In this document: piece after piece, positions 18,289 to 28,182 of the stretch
How positions within the stretch are numbered: position 1 is the first letter of the stretch
How the letters are laid out: every line of letters begins with the position of its first letter
DNA from: Eubacteriales bacterium
GTDB lineage: Bacteria; Bacillota; Clostridia; Oscillospirales; CAG-382
Assembly: GCA_045533895.1 (NCBI GenBank)
Contig: JAZSIT010000020.1
Location: forward strand, 1 to 51,940
Direction of reading: 5' to 3'
Length of the DNA: 51,940 bases
The notes under the pieces: model-generated
What the model saw: the letters and a program-made list of their open reading frames with translations, nothing else
Told to the model about the DNA's origin: nothing
Databases searched by the model: none
Made by a program: the position numbers and the translations under genes

Positions 18289-21200
18289 TCACCTTTTGTT
18301 CTTTTTGGCTACGTTACCGGTTCCCAGCAAGTCTTCAAGTTTTTTTATAACGCTGTCGCAAAGGTCGCAGCCAATGTCTTTTAACTTTAATAACTTGCCG
18401 TCTTTCTCATAATACAAGATAACATCGCTTTCTCCGGGGTGCTTTTTAATTTCCGCAACCGCCGTATCCGCGCTGGTTTTGTTGGTGTCGTTTATACGCA
18501 GATAAAGGTCGGGCGCACAAGAATTTTTTTGCACCGTGTTACAGGACCGAAGTAAAAGCTGGGTAATATCCTTGCCTTCCTCGTCTTCTGCCTCTCTGTA
18601 CTCGGCGTCCCCGGTAAATACAAGTATACTTCCTTCCTTAAGCAGGGAAGCGTACTTTTCGTATACCTTTGGGAAAACGATTATTTCCAAGCCTCCTTCT
18701 GTATCTTCTACCTGAAGAAAAGCCATTTCGGTGTTGTTTTTGGTAGTTTTCTTGCGTTTTTTCATTATTATCGCTACCACGGTAACTACGGCTTTGTTGG
18801 GAAGGACTCCGTTTTTAAGCTTTTCGGTAAGGGATAGCGTACTTATCGCGCCCAAACGGTTTATTGCCGCCGAATATGATTTTAACGGATGACCGGAAAA
18901 ATACATTCCGCACAATTCTCTTTCAAAAGAGAGCTTTTCCGTTTCGGAATATTCGTTAATATTTGGAAGGGAAAGCTTTATATTTTCCTCTTTTTCGCCC
19001 TCCGCTTCAAAGAGACCTATCTGACCGTAGCAGTTTTTGCTTTTCATAGCGGAAAGCTGGTCAAGGGCGGTGTCAAGGGAAGCTACAAGTCTGCTTCGAT
19101 AATGCCCAAACCAATCCAGCGCTCCGCATTTGATAAGACTTTCAAACATACGCATATTGCCAAAGGGCTGTACTCTCTGTAAAAAGTCTTCCGCCGAGCA
19201 AAAAGAGCCGTTTACCTCGCGCTCGGTTATAATCTGCTTTGCAAATCCGTTACCTACGTTCTTTATTGCGGCAAGTCCGTAACGTATGTTTCCTTTGGAT
19301 ATGGAGAAAACAGAAGTGCTTTCGTTTACGTCGGGACTGAGTACCGCAATACCGTGATTTCGGCAATCGTCAATATATTTTGTCATCGCTCCGTCGCCCA
19401 TAACGGTATTAAGCAGAGCACACATATACTCTCCGTAATAATGGCATTTAAGGTAAGCCGTGCGGTATGCAACCACAGCATAAGCGGCGGCGTGGCTCTT
19501 GTTAAAGGCATATTTTGCAAATTCGTTCAGTTCGTCGAATATCGCCTGAGCATCGGCAGGGGAGTATCCGTTTTTCTGCGCGCCATCAACAAAAACGCTT
19601 CGTTCTTTTTGCATAACGTCGGCTTTTTTCTTTGCCATTGCACGTCGGATGATATCCGCCCGTCCGTAGGTATACCCTGCAACTGCGCGGCATATCTGCA
19701 TTACCTGCTCTTGGTAAAGAATACATCCGTTGGTATCGTTAAGAATACCGTCGGGTATAGGCAGGTGAGATGCGGTCTTACCCTCCGCGCGGTTTTGCAG
19801 AAACCTTGGTATGGAATCCATGGGACCGGGACGGTATATGGATATGCAGGTAATAATATCGCTGAAGCACCTTGGCTTCATTCTGGTAATAAACTGACGC
19901 ATGCCCTCGCTTTCAAGCTGGAACAACCCCAGAGAATCTCCACGGGACAGCATATCGAAAGTTTCGGTATCATCAAAATCTATTTTTTCTATTGAAAAAT
20001 TCGGTTCTTTTGCTTTTATCAGCTTTTCCGCGCCGTCTATGACAGACAGATAGCGCAGACCCAAAAAGTCTATTTTAAGCAGTCCCAGATCGGCAATTAC
20101 GTCCATTGTAAACTGTGTAACGGGTACAGACCCGTTTACCGCAACGGGAACGTAATCGGATATAGGCTTCTCGGTTATAACAACTCCCGCCGCGTGGGTG
20201 GAAGCGTTTCTCGGTCTGCCCTCCAGCTTTTTGGCTCTGTCAAGCAATTTTTTAACCTGCGGCTCGTTATTATATCTTTCCCTAAGCTCCTTGCTTTTAT
20301 CAAGGGCTTTATCTACGGTGATATTAAGTTCTCTCGGAATAAGGGCAGCAATACTGTCGGTATCGCTGTAGGACATTCCCGTTGCCCGTCCCACGTCGCG
20401 GACTGCGGCGCGGCAGGCAAGAGTACCGAAAGTAACTATCTGCGCAACGTGATCCGCTCCGTACTTTTCGGTAACGTATGCAATAACCTCGCTTCTGCGC
20501 TCATCACAAAAATCAATATCAAAGTCCGGCATTGAAACCCTTTCCGGATTAAGAAATCTTTCAAACAACAACCCGTTTGCAATAGGGTCGAGGTCTGTAA
20601 TATACAGCAGGTAGGAAACAAGGCTTCCCACCGCGCTTCCTCTGCCGGGACCGACGGGGATTCCTTTGGATTTTGCATAATTTACAAAATCCCAAACTAT
20701 CAGATAGTATTCGGTAAAACCCATACTGTCAATGGTTGAAATCTCGTATTCCACTCGATCGGCATACTCCCGTCCGCCGGGTATCTGTCCGTCTGCAATA
20801 CGCTTTTTATATCCCTTACGGCAAAGAGAAAGCAAAAACTCCTTTGGCGTTTCTCCGCTTGCAGGGCGGTAAGAGGGAAGCTGAGGTTTATCAAACTCAA
20901 TGGTGACGTTACACTGCTCTGCAATCCTTTGCGTGTTTTCGCAAGCTTCGGGAATATCCTTAAACAATTCCTCCATTTGCTCGGGACTTTTAAGATAATA
21001 CTCGTCGCTGGGGAGTTTTATCTGGCTTTCACCAATCTTTGTTCCCGTCTGTATCGCCATTAATAGCTCCTGCAGGGGCGCGTCTTCTTTTGTGAGATAA
21101 TGAACGTCGTTGGTGCAAACCACAGGAATGGAAAGCTGTTTTGAAATAGCCATAATACCGTGGTTTACCTTGTCCTGCTCCGGCGCGCCGTTGCGTTGTA

Positions 21201-21717
21201 ATTCAAGATAAAAACCATCGGCAAAAATAGCCTTGAATTTTTCGGCATATTCGGTGGCTTTTGAATATTCGCCGTTTATTATATGTTTGGGAATAATACC
21301 GCTTATACAGCCGGAAAGGGCAATTATCCCTTCGGAATATTTGTTCAATGTCTCAAGGTCTGTACGTGGTTTTTGGTAAAAACCTCTGGTAAAGGCTTCG
21401 GAACAAATGCGCATAAGGTTTTTATAACCTGCGTTATTTTTTGCAAGCAGCACCAGATGGCTTAAATTGGCATCGATAGGGTACGTCCTGTCCTCCATCG
21501 TACGGGGTGCAAGGTACACCTCGCAACCGATAATAGGCTTTATTCCTTCTGCAAGGCAGGCGCGGTAAAAGAGAGCAGCACTGTATAGTACGCCGTGGTC
21601 GGTAATGGCAAGGGAGGTCATCCCCAATTCCTTTGCTCGCTTTGCCACTGCGTTTATACGGCATTCGCCGTCAAGAAGACTGTATTCTGTATGAAGATGG
21701 AGATGGGTAAATCCCAT
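18289..21717 (-). CDS. dnaE: DNA polymerase III alpha subunit (DnaE type)
   Basis: PHP domain start FTHLHLHTEYSLLDG, 1142 aa, conserved polymerase core motifs. Confidence 0.95.
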   Translation of the reverse strand: MGFTHLHLHTEYSLLDGECRINAVAKRAKELGMTSLAITDHGVLYSAALFYRACLAEGIKPIIGCEVYLAPRTMEDRTYPIDANLSHLVLLAKNNAGYKNLMRICSEAFTRGFYQKPRTDLETLNKYSEGIIALSGCISGIIPKHIINGEYSKATEYAEKFKAIFADGFYLELQRNGAPEQDKVNHGIMAISKQLSIPVVCTNDVHYLTKEDAPLQELLMAIQTGTKIGESQIKLPSDEYYLKSPEQMEELFKDIPEACENTQRIAEQCNVTIEFDKPQLPSYRPASGETPKEFLLSLCRKGYKKRIADGQIPGGREYADRVEYEISTIDSMGFTEYYLIVWDFVNYAKSKGIPVGPGRGSAVGSLVSYLLYITDLDPIANGLLFERFLNPERVSMPDFDIDFCDERRSEVIAYVTEKYGADHVAQIVTFGTLACRAAVRDVGRATGMSYSDTDSIAALIPRELNITVDKALDKSKELRERYNNEPQVKKLLDRAKKLEGRPRNASTHAAGVVITEKPISDYVPVAVNGSVPVTQFTMDVIADLGLLKIDFLGLRYLSVIDGAEKLIKAKEPNFSIEKIDFDDTETFDMLSRGDSLGLFQLESEGMRQFITRMKPRCFSDIITCISIYRPGPMDSIPRFLQNRAEGKTASHLPIPDGILNDTNGCILYQEQVMQICRAVAGYTYGRADIIRRAMAKKKADVMQKERSVFVDGAQKNGYSPADAQAIFDELNEFAKYAFNKSHAAAYAVVAYRTAYLKCHYYGEYMCALLNTVMGDGAMTKYIDDCRNHGIAVLSPDVNESTSVFSISKGNIRYGLAAIKNVGNGFAKQIITEREVNGSFCSAEDFLQRVQPFGNMRMFESLIKCGALDWFGHYRSRLVASLDTALDQLSAMKSKNCYGQIGLFEAEGEKEENIKLSLPNINEYSETEKLSFERELCGMYFSGHPLKSYSAAINRLGAISTLSLTEKLKNGVLPNKAVVTVVAIIMKKRKKTTKNNTEMAFLQVEDTEGGLEIIVFPKVYEKYASLLKEGSILVFTGDAEYREAEDEEGKDITQLLLRSCNTVQKNSCAPDLYLRINDTNKTSADTAVAEIKKHPGESDVILYYEKDGKLLKLKDIGCDLCDSVIKKLEDLLGTGNVAKKNKR

Positions 21718-21731
21718 AACTTTACTTCCTT

Positions 21732-22406
21732 TCAGTCTTGAATACCCTTTGCCTCGTTAACCAGCTTGTTAAGCCTGTGGTATAATCCGGATTTACTTAT
21801 GGGGCGGGAATGCTTTTCGCGCAATTGCTCCAAATTCAATTCCGGAAATTCGATACGCAGTCTTGCAGTTTCCTGCACGGCTTCCGACATGTGCGAAAGC
21901 TTACCGTGCTTTTCCAGCTTTCGTATGGCGTCCGTCTGTTCGGCGGATGCTTCTGCTGTGCGCATCATATTTGCAATTTCCGCATTATTAAGGCGGTTGA
22001 GATTGTTTCGCGTTTCCTTAAGGACTTTTGCTTCCATAAGTTGCATGGCAAATTTTCCCGCGCCGATTATGGTTAAAAAGTCCTCAATTCTCTCGCTTTC
22101 CTTGTAATAGAGGATATATTCGTCGTTGCGCTTAAGTGCTTTCGGTTCCATATCCATAGAGCAAAGGAGAGCGTATATATAATCCATATATTCGTTGTAA
22201 AAGGATAACGTTAGATAGTATTCCTTGTTTGGGTCAACAATATGACCGCTGGATATAAACAATCCCCGAAGCAGGGTCTTCATATCCTTTTCACATTTGG
22301 GCTCATATATCTTGTGTTCAAATCCGCAAAGAAAAGCCTCTCTGCAACAAACGTTTTTTTCGTTCTGAACAGATAAATAATCTTTTATCTCCGATGCAAA
22401 CGACAT
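21732..22406 (-). CDS. whiA: DNA-binding protein WhiA, unusually short (224 aa)
   Basis: C-terminal NRLNNAEIAN...SKSGLYHRLNKL HTH region and one LAGLIDADG-like region (LRGLFISSGHIVDPNKEYYL). The start overlaps the murB stop (TAATG). Confidence 0.8.
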   Translation of the reverse strand: MSFASEIKDYLSVQNEKNVCCREAFLCGFEHKIYEPKCEKDMKTLLRGLFISSGHIVDPNKEYYLTLSFYNEYMDYIYALLCSMDMEPKALKRNDEYILYYKESERIEDFLTIIGAGKFAMQLMEAKVLKETRNNLNRLNNAEIANMMRTAEASAEQTDAIRKLEKHGKLSHMSEAVQETARLRIEFPELNLEQLREKHSRPISKSGLYHRLNKLVNEAKGIQD

Positions 22407-23266
22407 TATTTTATTATCCTTATCTCCGGCTCAAGGCTAACGCCGGTCTTTTCAAGCACGGTGTTTTGCACGTGCTCAATAAGCGCTATTATATCTGCCG
22501 ACGTGGCGTCGCCCGTGTTTATTATAAATCCTGCGTGCTTTTCGGACACCTGCGCGCCGCCTATGGAAAATCCTTTTAGACCGCATTGCTCGATAAGCGC
22601 GCCCGCAAAATGTCCCTCGGGACGCTTAAACGCGCTTCCGCAGGAGGGTTTATCCAGTGGCTGTTTGTCTGCGCGCTTTTGCATATTCTCTTCGGTAATA
22701 CGCTTTATTTCGTCTTTGTCGCCGCGTGCAAGGTCAAAGGTAGCCTCAAGCACAAACATATTCTTGTTTTTGAAAATACTTGTGCGGTATCCAAGTTCAA
22801 GACTGTCTGCGGGGAGTACGGATATCTCACCGTTAAGGTCCAAAACCTTCACGGTGGTAAGACAATCCTTAATCTCGCCGCCGTATGCGCCTGCGTTCAT
22901 AAACACGCCGCCGCCTACAGTACCGGGAATACCGTATGCGAATTCAAGTCCGGAAAGAGATGCGTCTGTAGCCGCCTTTGAAACTGCGGTAAGCTTTTCC
23001 CCGCACAACGCGGTAAGACGTGTGCCTTCTATATTTATTCCTTTAAGCTTGTATGTGAATATAACAGTACCGTCATAGCCTTCGTCGGGAAAAACAATAT
23101 TGGAGCAATTACCCACAATAATGAACCTGCTGTTTTCCATACTGCACTCCCAGACTGCCTTGCACAGATCCTCCACCGTATCAGGGAAGCAAGCGCGCTT
23201 GGCAGGACCGCCTACCCGCATAGTGCTGTGGTCTTTAAGCATTAAGCCTTCTACAATGTTCTGCAT
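22406..23266 (-). CDS. murB: UDP-N-acetylenolpyruvoylglucosamine reductase
   Basis: RVGGPA and SCGSAFKRP motifs. ATG at 23266 follows GGAGGAAA. The ORF-track ATG at 23293 lies only 4 nt downstream of a TATAAT box, so it is probably at or before the TSS. Confidence 0.9.
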   Translation of the reverse strand: MQNIVEGLMLKDHSTMRVGGPAKRACFPDTVEDLCKAVWECSMENSRFIIVGNCSNIVFPDEGYDGTVIFTYKLKGINIEGTRLTALCGEKLTAVSKAATDASLSGLEFAYGIPGTVGGGVFMNAGAYGGEIKDCLTTVKVLDLNGEISVLPADSLELGYRTSIFKNKNMFVLEATFDLARGDKDEIKRITEENMQKRADKQPLDKPSCGSAFKRPEGHFAGALIEQCGLKGFSIGGAQVSEKHAGFIINTGDATSADIIALIEHVQNTVLEKTGVSLEPEIRIIK

Positions 23267-23297
23267 TAGTTTCCTCCGAACATTTATTTCCATAATG

Positions 23298-23326
23298 ATT
23301 ATACAATAAAAGAAAGAAAATTACAA
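23298..23326 (-). promoter_or_regulatory. sigma-A-type promoter of murB
   Basis: TTGTAA-N17-TATAAT on the minus strand. Confidence 0.5.
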
Positions 23327-23441
23327 CAAAAAACAGTAACATTTTTTTAAGAATCCTTGACTGAATGGGGGATAATATGTTAAAATTGCGCTGTAAGTTA
23401 TTATTAACGTTACAAAATTTATTTTTTTAGGAGATTTCTGT

Positions 23442-24278
23442 ATGAAAAAGTTAATTTCCCTTTTTGTTGCAGCTCTTCTTTTGGTAGTAGCGGTAGTGCC
23501 TTTTGCTCTTTCCGCGTCTGCAGAAGCTGCTCCTTTTCATGTGACACATTATAACGACAGCTCCGCAGAAGGCGCTTGCGTTGTTTTTACCGAGAGCTAT
23601 AGCGGCGGCGGTTGGTGGTGCCACATTGCCTTTTCTCCCGTAGAGGGCAAGGAAAACACTTATGAGATAGTTGAGATAGTTAACGGACTTCCGGACGGCT
23701 CTGCATCTGCATTATCCATCCCCGAAGGTGGTTTTGTTTATGCTCTTAACTCCGGTAACAACTGGGGTGATCTTACTCAGGCAGCCATTGATGCAGGCAA
23801 CCTTGAATCCCAGTGGTGGTATGCAAATTATCAGCAGAACGAAGAATATTATACAACCAATTTCCAGAACGCTTCTACCAACGCTATGATTACCACTATA
23901 GGCGGTTGGTCTGTAGGTGATATGTTTGTTATCAACGGTCTGGATCTTGAAAATCTCACCCTGCCCACCTCTACACCCGATCTTAACTGGTATGAGGAAG
24001 GTTATACTTGTACCGCTACATACGATCTTGCGGTAGACGGCGACCTCCTTCCCTCCGAGTCCGAACCTGCTGACGATTCTTCCGCTCCCGCAGACGATAA
24101 GTCTGAACCCGCAGATGAATCTGTTCCTGCAAACGACGCTTCTGCTCCCGCAGCAAACAATTCCGGTTCTGCCGAAGAGCCCGCTTCCAACAACACTTGG
24201 ATCTTCGTTGCAGCCGCAGTTGCAGCAGTTGTTGTGGTTGTTGTAGTAGTTTTGGTTGTTACCAAAAAGAAGAAATAA
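23442..24278 (+). CDS. secreted / membrane-tethered hypothetical protein
   Basis: Signal peptide, unrecognised ~180-aa domain, acidic P/A/D/E/S-rich linker, C-terminal poly-Val TM helix ending KKKK. AGGAG SD. Confidence 0.6.
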   Translation: MKKLISLFVAALLLVVAVVPFALSASAEAAPFHVTHYNDSSAEGACVVFTESYSGGGWWCHIAFSPVEGKENTYEIVEIVNGLPDGSASALSIPEGGFVYALNSGNNWGDLTQAAIDAGNLESQWWYANYQQNEEYYTTNFQNASTNAMITTIGGWSVGDMFVINGLDLENLTLPTSTPDLNWYEEGYTCTATYDLAVDGDLLPSESEPADDSSAPADDKSEPADESVPANDASAPAANNSGSAEEPASNNTWIFVAAAVAAVVVVVVVVLVVTKKKK

Positions 24279-24302
24279 AATACAAGTTATAATAAAAAAG
24301 TT

Positions 24303-24337
24303 AACCGGAGGAATTTTTGTTTCCTCCGGTTATTTTT
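24303..24337. terminator. bidirectional terminator between the surface-protein gene and the serpin gene
   Basis: AACCGGAGGAA-N7-TTCCTCCGGTT with flanking A and T runs. Confidence 0.8.
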
Positions 24338-24352
24338 GTAGTGGTGATTTGT

Positions 24353-26059
24353 TTATTGGGAATGTTTTGTGGTAAAGTTTACTTTAATATCCCGTTCCTC
24401 CGTGTCGGCAGACTTGGATATCTCAATAATATAGTAATGCTCCGCCATATCTTCGGTTTGGTTCCACGGACTGTGTCTGTCGATATCAATATTCAAAATG
24501 CTGCCGTCCTTGTATATATCGGTTACCTTATGGCTTATGGAACCGCTTCCTTCTTCTACAATAACGAAAATTAATATATTGTCTTTGAAATATTCTGCAT
24601 CGTACTTTTCGCAGGCTTTGACAAATGTTAATTCATCATAAGGCCCGTTTCCGTCCAGGAAAAAGTATTCTCTGTATTCTTCATAATGGGCATTTAATTC
24701 ATCAACAGAGTGTATTACCTTAACTATGGGGTATTTGAATCCGGCGTTATATCCATCAGGGCGGACGTGCTGTACGTCAAATTCATAATCAACCTTTTCA
24801 GGCTCGGGCGCGCCGTCAATATTCATCAGTGTTCCGATAAAGAAGGGAATATTGTTTTCGCAATCAATAAGCATATATACGAAGGGACGGTCAAGATAAA
24901 CCTTCTTGTTGTCGATATATTCCGGTGCGCATTCGTCCATCATTTCCACCACGGTGGCTGCGCCTGCTTTTGTTCCTCTTTCTCCAACGGAAATAAAGGT
25001 TTTGTGCAGTACGCGGTTTATAAATATATTACCTGCGCTTGATACACCAAGGGCTGAAAAGTCTGCTGCCGACGGGTCAAATGCGGTGGGCATTCCTAAC
25101 GCCGAAAGAATTACTGACATTTCAGTGTCATACTCTGTCTCGAATTTGGGAATTGCGGTATCGACCGATATATTCTGTGCATTTGCCAGCATTTCCGCCA
25201 AAAGTTCTCCGTTAAGGGAATCAATATATTCGGAAACGCGCATTCCTTCATTGGGCAGAAGCGCTGCAAATGCGTACTTATTGTCTTTATAATATTTAAT
25301 AAATCCCGTTGCGTTTTCGCTTTCAAGATACTTGTTTTCGATTGAATACATAAATTCAACCTGCTGTATGCTTCCGTTTTCGGTGGTAAAATCATTTGTA
25401 CGGATATTGTCTTCGGTGTATATTTCCGTCCACTCCGCCTCAAAAGCAAGGGCGTTTACAAGGTACATTATTGCTTCCGGGGGAATTTCGTCAAGAATTT
25501 CGGGTATCATCCCGTCGGTATTCTGTTTAACCCAGTTGTTAATATCCTTGAGAGTGGTATTGTCAAAGGGGGATTTATAAATATCCGCACCGAAATAATC
25601 TGCGTTTGTCTGTAAAAACGTGTCGTTTACGGTAAAACGCGCGTCATCGGTAAACCAAATGGAATTTGCAAGGGATAACTTGTATTTTTCACCTTGAGGA
25701 AGAGAGCTCATATAACTGTGCATATAGCTGTTAAGCTCGGATACGGGCATTCCCAACACGTTTTCCATTTCCGTAAGGGTATTACCTTTTGCACCGTTTG
25801 CCGTCATGGAAAGGGCGGCAAGGACAGATAGGGGAGAGATAAGGGTATTTTTGCCATCCTCATTTCCCGCTTTGAAAAGCCGTAGGGCAAAATCTGTTAC
25901 AGCCGTGTTTCCCGGAGCGGAAAGGGGAACTTTTGATACTTCGCTCGCGCTTACGTCGTCCATAAGATTAGGTGATTTCACTGTGTCGTTACATCCGCAC
26001 AGCAGTATGCAAAGTGCAAGTAAAATGGATATTAAAGAAATGTACACTCTCTTTTTCAT
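24353..26059 (-). CDS. serpin-family lipoprotein with ~150-aa C-terminal extra domain
   Basis: Lipobox LLCGC. Serpin motifs ISPLSVLAALSMTANGAKGNT, hinge GTKAGAATVV, DRPFVYMLID. ATG at 26059 after AAAGGAAAA. Confidence 0.85.
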   Translation of the reverse strand: MKKRVYISLISILLALCILLCGCNDTVKSPNLMDDVSASEVSKVPLSAPGNTAVTDFALRLFKAGNEDGKNTLISPLSVLAALSMTANGAKGNTLTEMENVLGMPVSELNSYMHSYMSSLPQGEKYKLSLANSIWFTDDARFTVNDTFLQTNADYFGADIYKSPFDNTTLKDINNWVKQNTDGMIPEILDEIPPEAIMYLVNALAFEAEWTEIYTEDNIRTNDFTTENGSIQQVEFMYSIENKYLESENATGFIKYYKDNKYAFAALLPNEGMRVSEYIDSLNGELLAEMLANAQNISVDTAIPKFETEYDTEMSVILSALGMPTAFDPSAADFSALGVSSAGNIFINRVLHKTFISVGERGTKAGAATVVEMMDECAPEYIDNKKVYLDRPFVYMLIDCENNIPFFIGTLMNIDGAPEPEKVDYEFDVQHVRPDGYNAGFKYPIVKVIHSVDELNAHYEEYREYFFLDGNGPYDELTFVKACEKYDAEYFKDNILIFVIVEEGSGSISHKVTDIYKDGSILNIDIDRHSPWNQTEDMAEHYYIIEISKSADTEERDIKVNFTTKHSQ

Positions 26060-26154
26060 AACAGTTTTTCCTTTCGTTGGTTTTGGTTTCACCTATAATA
26101 CTTTGCAAAAGGCAAAAAGGTTACACAAAGTTATAAAAATTTTTTCAAAAACAA

Positions 26155-26179
26155 CAAGACCGCCGAAAAAGCGGTCTTG
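26155..26179 (-). terminator. terminator after the Gfo/Idh/MocA gene
   Basis: CAAGACCGC-N7-GCGGTCTTG, T-rich downstream on the minus strand. Confidence 0.65.
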
Positions 26180-26188
26180 ATATATATT

Positions 26189-27232
26189 TTATTCAAAATC
26201 TACGGGCATACCCATTCTGTCAGACTCTGCGCAAGCTTCCATAAGCTTCATAACACGCATAAGCTGGGGATGGGTGATAAGCTGAGGCTCAACACCGTCA
26301 ACAGCTTTTGCTACGTTACGGTAGAAATCGTGTACGTCGGAAGTAATTTGAGGAATCTCGTGGGTCTTGATAGTGTCATCCTTACGCGGAGCCATGGTCT
26401 TGGTAAGACCTGCGGCGGTGCGTACGGGAATAACATCCTTTTCATCCCAGTTTTCTACACATACAATCTTTCCTTCGCAGGAGAAATCGTTAATAACGGC
26501 AGTGCCGTTTTCACCCTGCATATACCAACGGGGCAGATTGATAAAGTTGCTGGTACCAACTTCAAGATAAGCGCGCACGCCGTTATCAAAATTAAGTGTT
26601 AGACGGAAACCATCATCAACTTCATAGTTGGTGATATGGTCAAATTGACAGTAAACAGTCTTCACCTTTGCGGGCACCATAAGAAGCATCTGGTCAAGAA
26701 TATGTACGCCCCAGTCGAGCATCATGCCGCCGCCGTGCTTTTTCATTCCGCGCCAATCTCCGGGAATGCCGCGGGAGCCGTGGACGCGGGATTCTATATT
26801 GAATACGGGACCCAGCACGCCGCTTTCGTAAACCTGCTTCATGGCAAGAAAATCGCAGTCCCAGCGTCTGTTCTGATGTACTGTGAACAGCTTTCCAGTG
26901 CGAATGCTTGCGTCGATCATAGCCTGCAGATCTTCACTGCACATAGTAACGGGCTTTTCGCTTATAGCGTTTTTGCCGCTTTCCAGCACCTTGATGATAA
27001 GCTCGCGGTGAACGTCGTTGGGAGTTGCTACGGTAACGATATCAAGTCTGTCGTCAGCCAGCAATTCCTCAAGAGAACCGTAGGTGTTAATACCTTCATT
27101 ACGTGCTATTACAAGTCTATCAGGGTTAATATCCCACACGCCAAGCAAATTGCACACGTCGCTCTTCTTGAGATAATCTCCGTGCCACCAGCCCATTCCG
27201 CCGTAGCCGATAATAGCAATGTTTTTTTTCAT
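26189..27232 (-). CDS. Gfo/Idh/MocA family oxidoreductase
   Basis: N-terminal Rossmann IAIIGYGGMG, EKP motif, typical length. Confidence 0.85.
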   Translation of the reverse strand: MKKNIAIIGYGGMGWWHGDYLKKSDVCNLLGVWDINPDRLVIARNEGINTYGSLEELLADDRLDIVTVATPNDVHRELIIKVLESGKNAISEKPVTMCSEDLQAMIDASIRTGKLFTVHQNRRWDCDFLAMKQVYESGVLGPVFNIESRVHGSRGIPGDWRGMKKHGGGMMLDWGVHILDQMLLMVPAKVKTVYCQFDHITNYEVDDGFRLTLNFDNGVRAYLEVGTSNFINLPRWYMQGENGTAVINDFSCEGKIVCVENWDEKDVIPVRTAAGLTKTMAPRKDDTIKTHEIPQITSDVHDFYRNVAKAVDGVEPQLITHPQLMRVMKLMEACAESDRMGMPVDFE

Positions 27233-27312
27233 TTTATGTACCTCTTTTTTCAGGGTGGTTTTCCCTGTTCTTCAAGGGGTATTATAAACGATAACGAGGA
27301 AAAGTCAATAGG

Positions 27313-28182
27313 TTATTTGTGATTTTCTTCAACAAATTTCACTCCTGTTTTGGGTATAACAAGACTTATTTCAATTGTGTTTCCGTTTTCTTTTCTGGTA
27401 GTGCCTACGTCTATTCCCGCTTTTCGTATCAGTTTTACAGCGTTATCAATGGAATTAACAAAAAACCTCACGTCAACCATTCCCACAACACGCCGCGCAC
27501 CGTTTTTTTCATTTTCTTCTCGGTGCTTTATAAACTCATCTACCGCTTTTTCGCTTTCGCTTGCGTTAAGCTCTCTTTCCGCAATTCGCTTTATCATAAA
27601 CATGCGGTCACCCTTGCTGTCAATTCGCAGTATGGCACGCGCCTGCCGCTCAGAAAGTCCGTTTGCCAATATTGCTTCCCGTTCATCGGCAGTAAATTTT
27701 AACAGTCTAACTTTGTTTGCCACCGCAGATTGGCTTATTCCCAGCGTCTGCGCCAATTCGCTCTGGGTAGATTCGGTCATAAACATAAGCCTCTGCATAG
27801 CAAAGCCTTCTTCGAAAAAGTTAAGATTTTTCCTTTGCAGATTTTCTGTCAGCGCGATAACCGCACTGCCGTTATCATCGGTACGGGCAAGTATGCAGGG
27901 AACTTTCTTTAGTCCCGCTTTTTTCGCCGCTTTTAACCGTCGTTCTCCGGCTATCAGCTCGTATTGCTCCGGTGATTGCACTTCTCCTGCAATACTGAAT
28001 ATGGCGCCGTTATCCCTGCGCCGAATTATAAGGGGCGATAGTATTCCTACTTGTTTAATACTCTCTGCAAGCTTCGAAATATCCTCTTTATCGAAATATT
28101 TTCGCGGCTGTAAAGGATTTGGCTTTATACTGCTTATAGGGACTTTTATTATTTTTTCTCTTCGTTTTACGTCAAATTCCAT
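27313..28182 (-). CDS. ParB/Spo0J/Noc-family protein (nucleoid-occlusion-like)
   Basis: ParB N-domain with GERRLKAA CTP-binding motif, HTH (QSELAQTLGISQSAVANKVRLL), and a Noc-like C-terminal DVRFFVNSIDNAV segment. Confidence 0.8.
   Translation of the reverse strand: MEFDVKRREKIIKVPISSIKPNPLQPRKYFDKEDISKLAESIKQVGILSPLIIRRRDNGAIFSIAGEVQSPEQYELIAGERRLKAAKKAGLKKVPCILARTDDNGSAVIALTENLQRKNLNFFEEGFAMQRLMFMTESTQSELAQTLGISQSAVANKVRLLKFTADEREAILANGLSERQARAILRIDSKGDRMFMIKRIAERELNASESEKAVDEFIKHREENEKNGARRVVGMVDVRFFVNSIDNAVKLIRKAGIDVGTTRKENGNTIEISLVIPKTGVKFVEENHK

Noticed and set aside
24002-24265. ORF encoding a poly-Thr run (TTTTTTTTT)
   Set aside because: It is the reverse complement of the poly-Val C-terminal TM anchor and acidic linker of the plus-strand gene 23442-24278.
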